Assembly: GCA_965287045.1 (NCBI GenBank)
Contig: OZ336886.1
Span: 23,188,001-23,252,000 of the forward strand
Reading direction: 5' to 3'
From: Carcharhinus amblyrhynchos
Lineage: Eukaryota
DNA: 64,000 bases
Shown here: in pieces, positions 54,195 through 64,000 of the stretch
Position numbering within the stretch: the stretch's first letter is position 1
How the letters are laid out: each line of letters starts with the position of its first letter
Position numbers and translations under genes: made by a program
The notes under the pieces: model-generated
What the model was told of the DNA's origin: nothing
Database searches by the model: none
What the model saw: the letters and a program-made list of their open reading frames with translations, nothing else

Positions 54195-54575
54195 AATGCT
54201 TAAGAAGCCAGGCTGTTTTCTTCAGGGTGGAGAAGGTTAAGAGGAATGTTGATAGAGGTGTGGAAAATCACAGGTGATTTTCATAAAGAGAATTTGGTTC
54301 CAGTGATTAAAGAATTGTTCATCAAGGACACAGATTTACCACAATTGGCAAGAGCACCAGTGATGACGTGACGAAACATCTTAGTGACTTACTGTGATCT
54401 GGGAGGCACTATTTGAAAGAGCAATGGATCAGTTTCAATAGTAGCTTTCAAAATAGAGCTTTAGGGTTATGAGGAAAGAGGAGCAGATTGGGATTCATTG
54501 AATAGCTCCACCGAAGAGCTGGCAATGACACAATGGGCCGAACGGCTTCCTTCTGTGCTTTTTGATTGTGACTCT
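54195..54575 (+). mobile_element. Very old CR1 3' fragment
   Basis: GAGAAGGTTAAGAGGAATGTTGATAGAGGTG (RRLRGMLIEV) and tail ATGGGCCGAACGGCTTCCTTCTGTGCT. Confidence 0.7.
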
Positions 54576-54964
54576 TTGTGATTTGCAAACTCCACAGATT
54601 TGCAACATCCGTTTCCCCCATCTCATTAATTTCCCACAAGGGAGACTGAGTGGGCAATTAGCAGTTAGACAGCAGGTAAAAATCTAAAAGTGGAGACACT
54701 GACCACACTAACAATCAGATAACTAAAAGAGAGATCCCTCAAAACCATGGTCTGAGAGCAGGGTGGGGGTGGGGGTGGGGGTGGGGGGGGGGGGGGGGCG
54801 GGTTCAAACTAAAACAGATAAAAAATATGGAAAAGTTAAAATGGCAGCAATAGTGAAAATCAGCAAACACTGAAGTAAACAGGACAGCAATGCAGGCAGC
54901 AAATAAGGGAAAGATTCATAACAGGACAGGAAAAACTCCGATTAAAAATATACATGCTGTCCTG

Positions 54965-55197
54965 GAATCATAGAACCCCGATAGTGCAGAAGGACACCAT
55001 TTAGCCCATCAACAGCAATCCCACCCATGCATAATCCCCGTAACACCATATCTGTGGATTGTGGGAGGAAACTAGAGCACTTGAAGGAAACACACACAGA
55101 CATGGAGAATGTGCAAACTCCACACAAGCAGTCACCCAAAGTTGGAACTGAATCTGAGTCCTTGGCGTTGTGAGGTAGCAGTGCTAACCATTGTGGC
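54965..55197 (-). mobile_element. HE1-like SINE with internal deletion
   Basis: GAATCATAGAACCCC...GGAGAATGTGCAAACTCCACAC...GTGCTAACCATTGTG. Confidence 0.85.
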
Positions 55198-56027
55198 TGA
55201 GATTTGCTACTTCTCACATTTTGGGAAAAACTGAAATTCAGTTTTTCTTGGCTACTGGAAAAGTGGTAAGCAGGAAGAGATATAGTCAACAAGAGGGACT
55301 AGTGTCAACAAATAATTATATAGGCAGTAGAGCAGATTGGGCTGGGTATTAAGTGGTGAATGAATCACCAAAGTCTCTTCACCACTTACAAGACACCCCT
55401 TGTAGTGACTGTACCTATATTATTACTAAGTGAGTGATACAGCCCATTTTATGCGTCCCCACCCCCACTCAACTGATTTTCTTTAGTTTCAATAAAAAAA
55501 AATTAAATGTGGTAGGGATTAGAAGTCTATCGATTTGTTATTGGCTACACTTGCTGAAGATTAGTTTCACCCCTATTATGCCTGACAATTCAATATAACT
55601 GAGGGGCCTCCATTTAATGTGGTCTGAAGCTAGGAGCAGGGCCTGATCAGCTAACCCCGCTGTTTAAACCATAGAGAAAGCTAAGATTTTACCTGTTAAA
55701 AACCTGTTTAAAATAAGTTTAAAGCACTTTGTTCTTTGTAGAACTATTTAAAGCATTTATTTATTGTATTTACTGCTTTAAGAATTCTGAGGGAGTGGTT
55801 AGCAGGCAGTTGTGGGACATCAGCTTTAAATCAGCGCCAGGTTTAAAAGGAGGCCTGGTGTAGACAGCGGGCAGCGTCTGAGCGGGCAGCGGAGTGAGTG
55901 GGAAGCAGAGTGAGCTATTAGGGCTTAATATCAAAAAGGGCTGGAAGGAAAAAAGGCCAGGTTAGTTCGTTTGAAAAACAAAAAAAAACACAAAAAAAAA
56001 TTTTTTTCAAAACTACTACAGTGAATA

Positions 56028-56960
56028 ATGGAGGGGCATGTGATGTGTGGTTTCTGTATGATGTGGGAACCGGTGGACCCCAGGGTTCATCCCAGTGACC
56101 ATGTCTGCAGTAAGTGCAGGTTGCTGGAGGAGCTCCAGCTCAGGGTAAGTGAGCTGGCCTCTGAGCTACAGACACTGAGGCTCATCAGGGGGAGAGAGGG
56201 TGCCATTGTCAATGGGGTGCAAGTGACATCCACCCCTCCTAGACTGGCTAACTCTAAGGGTCAGGGACAAGAGGGGGCTGCTGGGAGGAGGAAGGGGGTT
56301 GAGGAGCAGAGGCCTCAGCCTCTTAATCTGCATAACAGGTTTGAGGTTCTTGCTTCCAGGCTGGACGAGAACAAGGCAGGTGAGGTTGGTGAGCAAACTG
56401 CACACTGTACAGTGGTGCAGCAGGACATAGGCAAAGAGAAGGGGAAAAGGAACGTAGTAGTGATTGGGGATAGTGGGGTGAAGGGTATTGACACTGTCCT
56501 TTGTCACAATGACAAAGTGCACAGAAGGGTGTGTTGTCTGCCTGGTGCTCGGGTACGGGATGTCGCAGCTGGGCTGCAGAGGAACCCGGAGTGGGAGGGT
56601 GAGAATCCGGTCGTTGTGGTACATGTGGGTGCCGGCGATGTAAGCAAAATGCAGACTGAGGATCTGGGGAGGGAGTATGAAAAGCTGGGAATGGAATTAA
56701 AAAGTAGAACCGACAAGGTGGTTATCTCTGGGCTACTGCCTGAACCGTGTGCAGATGGGTGTAGGGTTGACAGGATTAAGGAAGTGAATGGGTGGCTCAG
56801 GGATTGGTGTGGGAGGAATGGGTTTGAATTTATGGGGCATTGGCACCAGTATTGGGGTAGGTGGGACCTGTTCGGGCGGGATGGGGTTGGTCTGAACCGT
56901 GCTGGGACCAGAGTGCTGGCGAATCGAGTAAAGAGGACTGTAAACAGGGCTTTAAACTAA
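56028..56960 (+). CDS. CR1 ORF1p: zinc finger/leucine zipper plus SGNH esterase-fold domain (uninterrupted, 310 aa)
   Basis: CGFC...CSKC followed by the heptad LLEELQLRVSELASELQTL; NRFEVL motif; VVVIGDS, CLPGARV, VVVHVG. Confidence 0.9.
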   Translation: MEGHVMCGFCMMWEPVDPRVHPSDHVCSKCRLLEELQLRVSELASELQTLRLIRGREGAIVNGVQVTSTPPRLANSKGQGQEGAAGRRKGVEEQRPQPLNLHNRFEVLASRLDENKAGEVGEQTAHCTVVQQDIGKEKGKRNVVVIGDSGVKGIDTVLCHNDKVHRRVCCLPGARVRDVAAGLQRNPEWEGENPVVVVHVGAGDVSKMQTEDLGREYEKLGMELKSRTDKVVISGLLPEPCADGCRVDRIKEVNGWLRDWCGRNGFEFMGHWHQYWGRWDLFGRDGVGLNRAGTRVLANRVKRTVNRALN

Positions 56961-57129
56961 TTGGGGGGGGGGGGGGGGAAGAGAGGGTGCGAGGGTAGGT
57001 GATGGTACGAGGTCTAAAGTTAAGGAGAGGGTACATGTAAGGGAAGAGGACGAGGATGTCCCAATAATAGAGGGAGTAGGGGGCGTGAGTATAGTTGGTG
57101 GTGTTGCGGCAAATAGGGTCCAGGTGAAG

Positions 57130-59817
57130 GCTGGGGTGAAAGCACTTTATCTGAATGCATGAAGCATTCGGAATAAAGTGGATGAGCTGGTGGCGCAGAT
57201 CGACACAAATGGATACGATCTGGTGGCCATTACAGAGACATGGCTGCAGGGTGACAGGGACTGGGAGCTGAATGTACAGGGCCATCAAGTGTTTAGGAAG
57301 GATAGGCAGGAGGGAAAAGGGGGGGGTGCGTAGCTCTGCTGATTAAGGATAGTATCACGGTGGTAGCAAGGGATGATATTGGAGCCAAGGAGCAGAGGGT
57401 GGAATCGTTGTGGGTGGAGATTAGGAACAGCAAAGGGAGGAAGACGCTGGTGGGTGTCGTTTATAGGCCTCCGAATAATGATCTGGAGGTGGGGCGGGCT
57501 GTTAACGCGCAAATAAGTGCGGCGTGCAGGAATGGGACGGCCGTAGTTATGGGGGATTTCAATCTGCATATTGATTGGTCAACCCATGTTGGACGTGGGG
57601 GGCTCGAGGAAGAGTTCTTGGAATGCTGCCGGGATAGTTTCCTCGAACAGTGTGTGTTGGAGCCGATGAGGGAGCGAGCTATCTTGGATCTGCTATGTAA
57701 TGAGGCGGGTAGAATTAGGGACCTTGTGGTGAAGGATCCTCTTGGGGAGAGTGATCATTGTATGGTGGAGTTTCTGGTGCAGATGGAGGAGGAGAAAGTG
57801 GGTTCCCGGACACGCATCCTTTGTTTGAATAGAGGGGAGTACGGTAGGATGAGAGAAGAATTGGCGAATGTGGACTGGGGGAGCGCGTTGGAGGGAGGGT
57901 CTGTTGAGGAGCAGTGGAGGATCTTTAAGGAGATCTTTCTTGGTGCTCAGCGGAAATTTATTCCGATGGTCAAAAAAGATAGTAGGAGGAGAGGTAATAA
58001 GCCATGGATAACGAAGGAGGTGAAGGAAAGTGTTTAACTAAAAGCGGAGGAATTTAGAGTAGCTAAGAGTAGTGGGCAAGAAGAGGATTGGGAGAGGTTT
58101 AAACGTCAACAAAGATTGACAAAGAAGTTGATAAAGAAGGGTAGGATAAACTATGAAGCTGGGCTAGCGCTTAATATAAAAAAAGGATAGCAAGAGTTTT
58201 TATAAATATATAAAAAGGAAGAGGCTGGCTAGGGTGAATGTTGGTCCTTTAGAGGATGAGAAAGGGGACCTAGTGGTAGGGGATGGGGATATGGCTAAGG
58301 TATTGAATAACTTTTTTGTTTCTGTCTTCACGGAGGAGGACGTGAATAATTTGCCGGGTGTTAGCGATGGAAAGGTGGTAGGACTGGAGGGTCTTAATGA
58401 CATTACTGTTACTAGAGAGGCGGTGCTCGACAGACTGGAGGGGCTGATTGTGGACAAGTCCCCAGGACCAGATGGAATGCATCCGAGGGTTCTGAAAGAA
58501 ATGGCGGAGGTGATAGTGGATGCCTTGGTGGTTATTTTCCAAACGTCGCTGGATTCCGGGGAAGTGCCGGATGATTGGAAAACGGCTAATGTTACGCCGT
58601 TGTTTAAGAAGGGTGCCAGGCAAAAGGCGGGGAATTATAGGCCAGTTAGTTTAACGTCTGTGGTAGGTAAAATGTTAGAATCTGTCATTAAGGAGGAAAT
58701 TGCGAGGCATCTTGAAGGGAATTGCTTGATAGAGCGGACGCAGCACGGTTTCATTAAAGGGAAGTCGTGTCTGACAAATTTACTGGAGTTCTATGAGGAT
58801 GTGTCTAGGGCGGTGGATAGAGGAGAGCCGGTGGATGTGGTCTTTCTAGATTTTCAGAAGGCGTTTGACAAAGTACCTCACAAGAGGTTATTGCAGAAGG
58901 TCGAGGGACATGGAGTTGGGGGTAGGGTGTTAGCGTGGATAGAGGATTGGTTGTCAAATAGGAGGCAGAGAGTGGGGGTCAACGGGTGCTATTCGGATTG
59001 GTGGATGGTGACTAGTGGAGTGCCCCAGGGGTCGGTGCTGGGGCCTCAGCTTTTTACCATTTATATAGATGATCTGGAGGAGGGAACCAAGTGTAGAGTG
59101 TCGAAATTTGCTGATGACACCAAGATTGGGGGAACGGCAAATTGTGCGGAGGGTGTGGAGAGTCTGCAGAAGGATCTAGATAGGCTGGGCGAATGGGCCA
59201 GGAAATGGCAAATGGAATTTAATGTTGGCAAGTGTGAGGTGGTCCACTTTGGTAGGAATAATGGTAGGAAGGACTATTACTTACGTGGCGAAAAACTGCA
59301 GCAGGTGACGGTGCAGAGGGACCTCGGGGTCCTTGTGTATGAGTCGCAAAAACCCAGCTTGCAAGTGCAGCAGGTGGTCAGGAAGGCAAATGGGATGCTG
59401 GCCTTCATAGCGAGGGGGATTGAATATAAAAGTAGGGAGGTCTTGCTGCAGCTGTATAGGGCATTGGTGAGGCCACAGCTGGAGTACTGTGTGCAGTTTT
59501 GGGCGCCGCACCTGCGCAAAGATATTTTGGCCTTGGAGGGAGTGCAGAGGAGGTTTACTAGGCTGATACCAGAGTTGAGGGGGTTGAGCTATGAGGAGAG
59601 GCTGAATAAACTGGGCTTGTACTCGTTAGAGTTTAGAAGAATGAGGGGAGATCTCATTGAGACACATAAGATGATGAATGGGATGGATAGGATAGAGGTG
59701 GAAAGACTCTTCCCGCTCAAAAAAGACAGTAGGACTAGGGGGCACAGCCTCAAGATAAAAGGGGGGCGGTTTAGAACGGAGTTGAGGAGGAACTTCTTCA
59801 CTCAAAGGGTGGCTTGA
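57130..59817 (+). pseudogene. CR1 ORF2 (apurinic endonuclease plus reverse transcriptase), disabled
   Basis: APE motifs LYLNA*SIRNK, AITETWL, VYRPP, MGDFN, SDH; RT motifs NYRPVSLTS, DFQKAFDKV, GVPQGSVLGP, FADD. Lesions: TGA near 57160, frameshift near 57325, TAA 58035-58037, frameshift in the A-run near 58180, and a 3' deletion at 59812/59813. Confidence 0.93.
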
Positions 59818-61871
59818 AGGGCTGGATGGCCTACTCCTGCTCCTATTTCTTATGTTCTTATGTTCTTGTGAAAGTCCATGTTGCCGGAAAAGCATTGTGA
59901 GTCTTGCTATGTAATTTGTGCATAGCATTGTTTTTGCCACTGTTGTGACCTTGTCGTGCAAGGGAACTTGTTGGAATTAGTCATTGACGTGGCTAGACTG
60001 ACTCTTTTGTCAACAACTATAGCTTTAGTTGTTAGGCAGCTCCATACCTGGAAGGTATGGATATCCCCATGGACAAACTGCAGTATTTGCATTTTCTGAA
60101 AGGGGGAGGATGGGGATCAGGGGAGCTGTGAAAGACAGGTGAGAGTGTACCTTAGACACTCCCTGCGGACATGTCCTTACGCTGACGTTTGTGTATACTG
60201 AACCAAAGCATTTTATCTTTGGCTATAAATGAAAAGATTTTCCTGTATAGGCTGAGATCATAGGAAGCCGTCAATGAACTTTGCACAGTCCTACAGCCAG
60301 ACTTCAGAGAACTACAGACTACAGGACCGGGGCAGCTCCATCTCCACTCGGCGAAGTTGCAGCTGCTTTGGCCTTTTATGTGGTAGGCTATCTCCTGAAA
60401 ATGTGGGAGATCTCCAGCACATCTCCCAACTTTAAGCCCACAATTGTATCCAGTGGGTGGCTAATGCATTGTTTGACAGGGATTTCACCACTGAAAGTGA
60501 TCAATAACAACAGGGAACCCTTCACTTGGACCATGTGGCAGAATTCCCACACCTACAGAGCTTTACTTAGCTTATTCGTGACCATTGTTACAATTCTTAT
60601 GGAGACCAGAAACGTGGAGGAACAAAACTTTTCAAATGACCCCAATGGGAGAAAACAATGGATAAGATTTCACTTTTAAAAACATCTACTCCAAGAAACA
60701 AAAAAAAAACTCACCAGAAATTAATCACAAATGAACAGGCAAATTGTATTCAGTAAAAACGACAATTTATATTTTAAATAGCTGATTCAACTAAGATCAG
60801 TCTTACATATTTCACAGATAACCCACTCAGCATATGCCATCAAACTCAGTCCCAAATTCTTCAAAACTCTGTCACTCTCACGGAAAATTGTAATTCCTCT
60901 TCTTCTGGGATTTAGCCTAATCCCAGCCGATAGCAGCACACAATTAACCTGAGTTCTACAGGCATGTTCTTCACCTAAAATGGCACAGATCTGTAGCACC
61001 TCCTGCACTCTGCTTACGGTGTTCTTGATAGTGTGGTTCCACCAATATCATTCTCAATAACAGAAACAGCGATTGTGTATTTTCCTATTTCTAGCTCCTG
61101 CATCCAGCCTCTACCTTCTTCAGCCTGTCTGTGTTGTATCACTGAGTTCACTAAGGTCTATGCCCTTTATATGATTTCAAGTAGTTACACCTTCCACAAA
61201 ACCTTAAGTTTCCGTTTCTGTTTTTATTTTTGTTTTAGTTTGCCTGGGAACTTGAAGGTACAGTTTCTTTTTCAGGTAGGGTCTAACCACCCTTGCCCAC
61301 CCCAAAGTAATACAATTTTCAAACCATTATTCTATGCAAGGTCCTAGTTTAAAAGGCAAGGGATTCCTAACAATTCTCATAAATAGAGGCAGATACTGAT
61401 ATTATCACACTGTGGAACCATTCATAGGGTCACACAGAAAACCTTCCAATTTCCCATCTGGCCAGTCCACCCTTGAATATGCCCTATGTTTCCCTATGGA
61501 TTAGGATGGATCAAAACCTCAACATTGATAAACAGTGATTTCTCTGCCTGGACTGATAGAGCATGTTCTAATGTATAACTCAAGATCAGATTGTTATTGC
61601 CCTCCACATCCTTCCTCTGGGAAGGGGCCTAATAATGAAGCAACCAGTGGAAGAAAGGCAGTAAGAAGCTAGCAGCCACAAGAGAACAGAATTGTGTGCT
61701 GACTGACCTGCAGAGATTGTTGAAATCATCAAACATTATTACAGCACCAACAATTCAATCATAACCTTTGCTGACTGATACAGAACAGTTCACTCACTAC
61801 AAGTCCCCATCTACACACAACTTTTGCTCCATTACACTCAGCTGTATATTGGCACCAAGTCATGTAAGGTA

Positions 61872-62020
61872 ATAAGAACATAAGAAATAGGAGCAAGAGT
61901 AGGCCATCTAGCCCTTTGAGCCTGCCCCGCCATTCAATAAGATCATGGCTGATCTGAAGTGGCTCAGTTCCACTTTCCCGCTTTCTCCCCATAACCCTTA
62001 ATTCCCTTGTCGATCAAAAT
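61872..62020 (-). mobile_element. Young CR1 3' end
   Basis: ATAAGAACATAAGAAATAGGAGCAAGAGTAGGCCATC...TTCAATAAGATCATGGCTGATCTG; same family as the 45008 and 53727 copies. Confidence 0.92.
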
Positions 62021-62150
62021 CTGAGGAAGAGTCACCCAGACTCGAAATGTTGGCTCTATTCTCTCTCCACGGATGCTGACAGACCTGCTGAGATTATCCA
62101 GCATTTTCTGTTTTTGTTTTAGATTCCAGCATCTGCAGTATTTTGCTTTG
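62021..62150 (+). mobile_element. Penelope-like tail starting with a hammerhead core
   Basis: CTGAGGA-A-GAGTC-ACCCA-GACTC-GAAA-TGTT, then the tail shared with 24990-25070 and 19990-20090. Confidence 0.8.
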
Positions 62151-63024
62151 GTGCAAAGTAATCTCCTCTGTCCAAACAAAGTACTGTAGAACAGAAGCAA
62201 GTGCAACTCTCTGCAGTCCCCTGCCAAATGCTGTATTATCGGATGTGCCATGTCATTAGCATTGTTAGCTTGTCTCAATAATCAAGTGCAAGTCCCCTTA
62301 TTGCTCCTTCTGACCTGGAATCTATTGTATTTGACAGCTGCATGTTGTTAGTTAAAATGACTGAGTAATGAACAACAGGAGGCCAACTCTATAACTGGAG
62401 GTATGGTAGAGTGAATATCAAGGATCTAATGCTTCCGCCCCCATTAGCGTTTAAGGTCAAGGACAGTCACCTTTATTTATATTGTGGAGGATGCCCTCAG
62501 CACTGTGGCCATATGAAAGGGACTTTGGCCTTTTGCTCAGTTGGTGGCATCCTTTGTCTTGAGACCAATATACCAGTTTTTCAATGGCAAGAAATCCAAC
62601 CCAGACTCCAGTCCCAGCTCTGCTGTGGGCTTAGTGTGGACATTTGCTCCTTCTTCCCCTGTCTTCTCTACTGTTGGGAAATCACTTTTCAGGCACTCTC
62701 AGCCAACTTGTACAAAGAATATACCATTAGCTCTGTGGACATTCAGAGTCCACATATCCTTGATCACGAGGTCTTTTGTTGTTTGTTAGCAACTGGGCGA
62801 CAATAACAATTAGACACAATGCTAGAATTGGAAATACCTCACTCTGAATTTCTCAAGGTTTTAGATGGTAATAGAGATGAACATATAATGGAGGTCTCCT
62901 ACTGTTCTGTGGGCTTTTCAACTAAATTGATATTCTACTTATCCTGTATGGGATTGATTTGACAAATGTTTTTCTTTGATCAGAGCTTACTTTTCCCATT
63001 GAAACTGTAATAGACAATAATTAT

Positions 63025-63265
63025 TAAGTTTATTTATTAGTAAGGCTTACATTAATACTGCAATGAAGTTACTGTGAAAATCCGAGTAGCCACATTCCGG
63101 TACCTGTTCAGGTTAATCCATGTAACCAGCACGTGTCTCAGACTGTGGGAGGAAACCTATGCAGAAATGAAGAGAAAATGCAAACTCCGCACAGACAGTG
63201 GTCCAAGCCATGAATCAAATCCTGGTCCCTGGCACTATGAGGCAGCAGGGCTAACCATTGTGCCA
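63025..63265 (-). mobile_element. HE1-headed SINE with second tail type
   Basis: AAGTTTATTTATTAG...CTTACATTAATACTGCAATGAAGTTACTGTGAAAAT...GGCTAACCATTGTGCCA. Confidence 0.88.
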
Positions 63266-63411
63266 TTCCCAACAACAGAAAAACAAAAAAGCTAAATGTT
63301 AACACTGGGAATTCCACCACAATGTATTATCTAAAATTTACCAGTGGAGAGTTTTCACTTTAGGTGCAGTCTGTGATTTAGGCACAAACTGCACCCAAAA
63401 TGTCTGAGTGA

Positions 63412-63742
63412 TAGGATCCTACAGTGCAGGAGGTGGCCATTTGGCCTATTGAGTCTCCACCGAACACAATCCTATCAGTCCCTATCCCCATAACCCCATG
63501 CATTTACTCTACCTAGTCCCCCTGACACCAAGTGGCAATTTAAACATGGCCAATCCACCTAACCCGCACATCTTTGGACTGTGGGAAAGAACCAGAGATC
63601 CCTGAGGAAACCCATGTAGAGACAGGGAAAATGTGTAGACTCTGCACTGAGTGATCCAAGCCAGGAATTGAACCTGGATCCCTGGCGCTGTGATGCAGCA
63701 GTGCTAACTACTGTGCCGCCCCCACTGTGCTATCATGCCGCC
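63412..63742 (-). mobile_element. HE1-like SINE with CR1-type tail
   Basis: CCTACAGTGCAGGAGGTGGCCATTTGGCC...CAATCCACCTAACCCGCACATCTTTGGAC...GCAGCAGTGCTAACTACTGTGCC. Confidence 0.9.
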
Positions 63743-64000
63743 GATTAATCTTGACAAAATGTTTTTCTTGAGATTCTGAAGACCAATTGCACGTCATTGA
63801 AAATAAAATCTGCCAAGAGCCAACACAACTGGACAGTGTTTTTAGAATGTAACTTTTATTTAAAAAATGTTTATGTTTCAAAACTAATTCCTTGATGTAA
63901 TTAAGGACTGTTACCTGGTGAAATTTTATTTATTAATACATTTAATAAATTATTAATACTGACAATTAATATAATACAAAAGGATTTCCCCATAAACAAT

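Larger units (their letters stand above)
55790..59867 (+). mobile_element. Near full-length young CR1-clade LINE; 5' boundary uncertain
   Basis: 5'UTR with AGCGGGCAGCG repeats, ORF1, a poly-G spacer, APE-RT ORF2, and a 3' tail ending in (TTATGTTC)n. Many CpGs retained. Confidence 0.95.

Noticed and set aside
54760-54802. G-rich run able to form a G-quadruplex (also 16351-16386 and 56963-56978)
   Set aside because: Simple low-complexity tracts, common in such genomes, with no evidence of function and unreliable homopolymer lengths.
56166-59961. Several minus-strand ORFs of 70-150 aa
   Set aside because: Antisense shadows of the CR1 ORF1 and ORF2 coding sequence.

Overview
Vertebrate genomic DNA, almost certainly from a shark (inferred from HE1/V-SINE-type SINEs plus CR1 and Penelope-type repeats). 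Bases 1 to about 36.8 kb hold the 3' half of EBF3 (COE3/Olf-1-like transcription factor) on the + strand. Nine coding exons with canonical, phase-compatible GT-AG sites encode the end of the COE DNA-binding domain, the IPT/TIG domain, the atypical HLH and the Ser/Pro-rich tail ending in MSGLVVPPM*, followed by a long 3'UTR. The introns from about 2 to 20 kb have almost no recognisable transposons. Six short N-blocks (132-196 nt; five intronic, one downstream of the gene) sit in unique, enhancer-like sequence. From about 42 kb onward the DNA is dense in retroelements, including a young, near full-length CR1 LINE. Best leads: (1) the N-blocks may be masked ultraconserved elements; (2) alternative splice sites matching mammalian EBF3 isoforms, plus a candidate alternative C-terminal exon; (3) a CR1 ORF1 that is intact but lacks the SGNH catalytic His and Asn; (4) minimal hammerhead ribozyme cores in Penelope tails. 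I found no convincing evidence of a wholly new biological system. Comparisons to other species are from memory and need checking.
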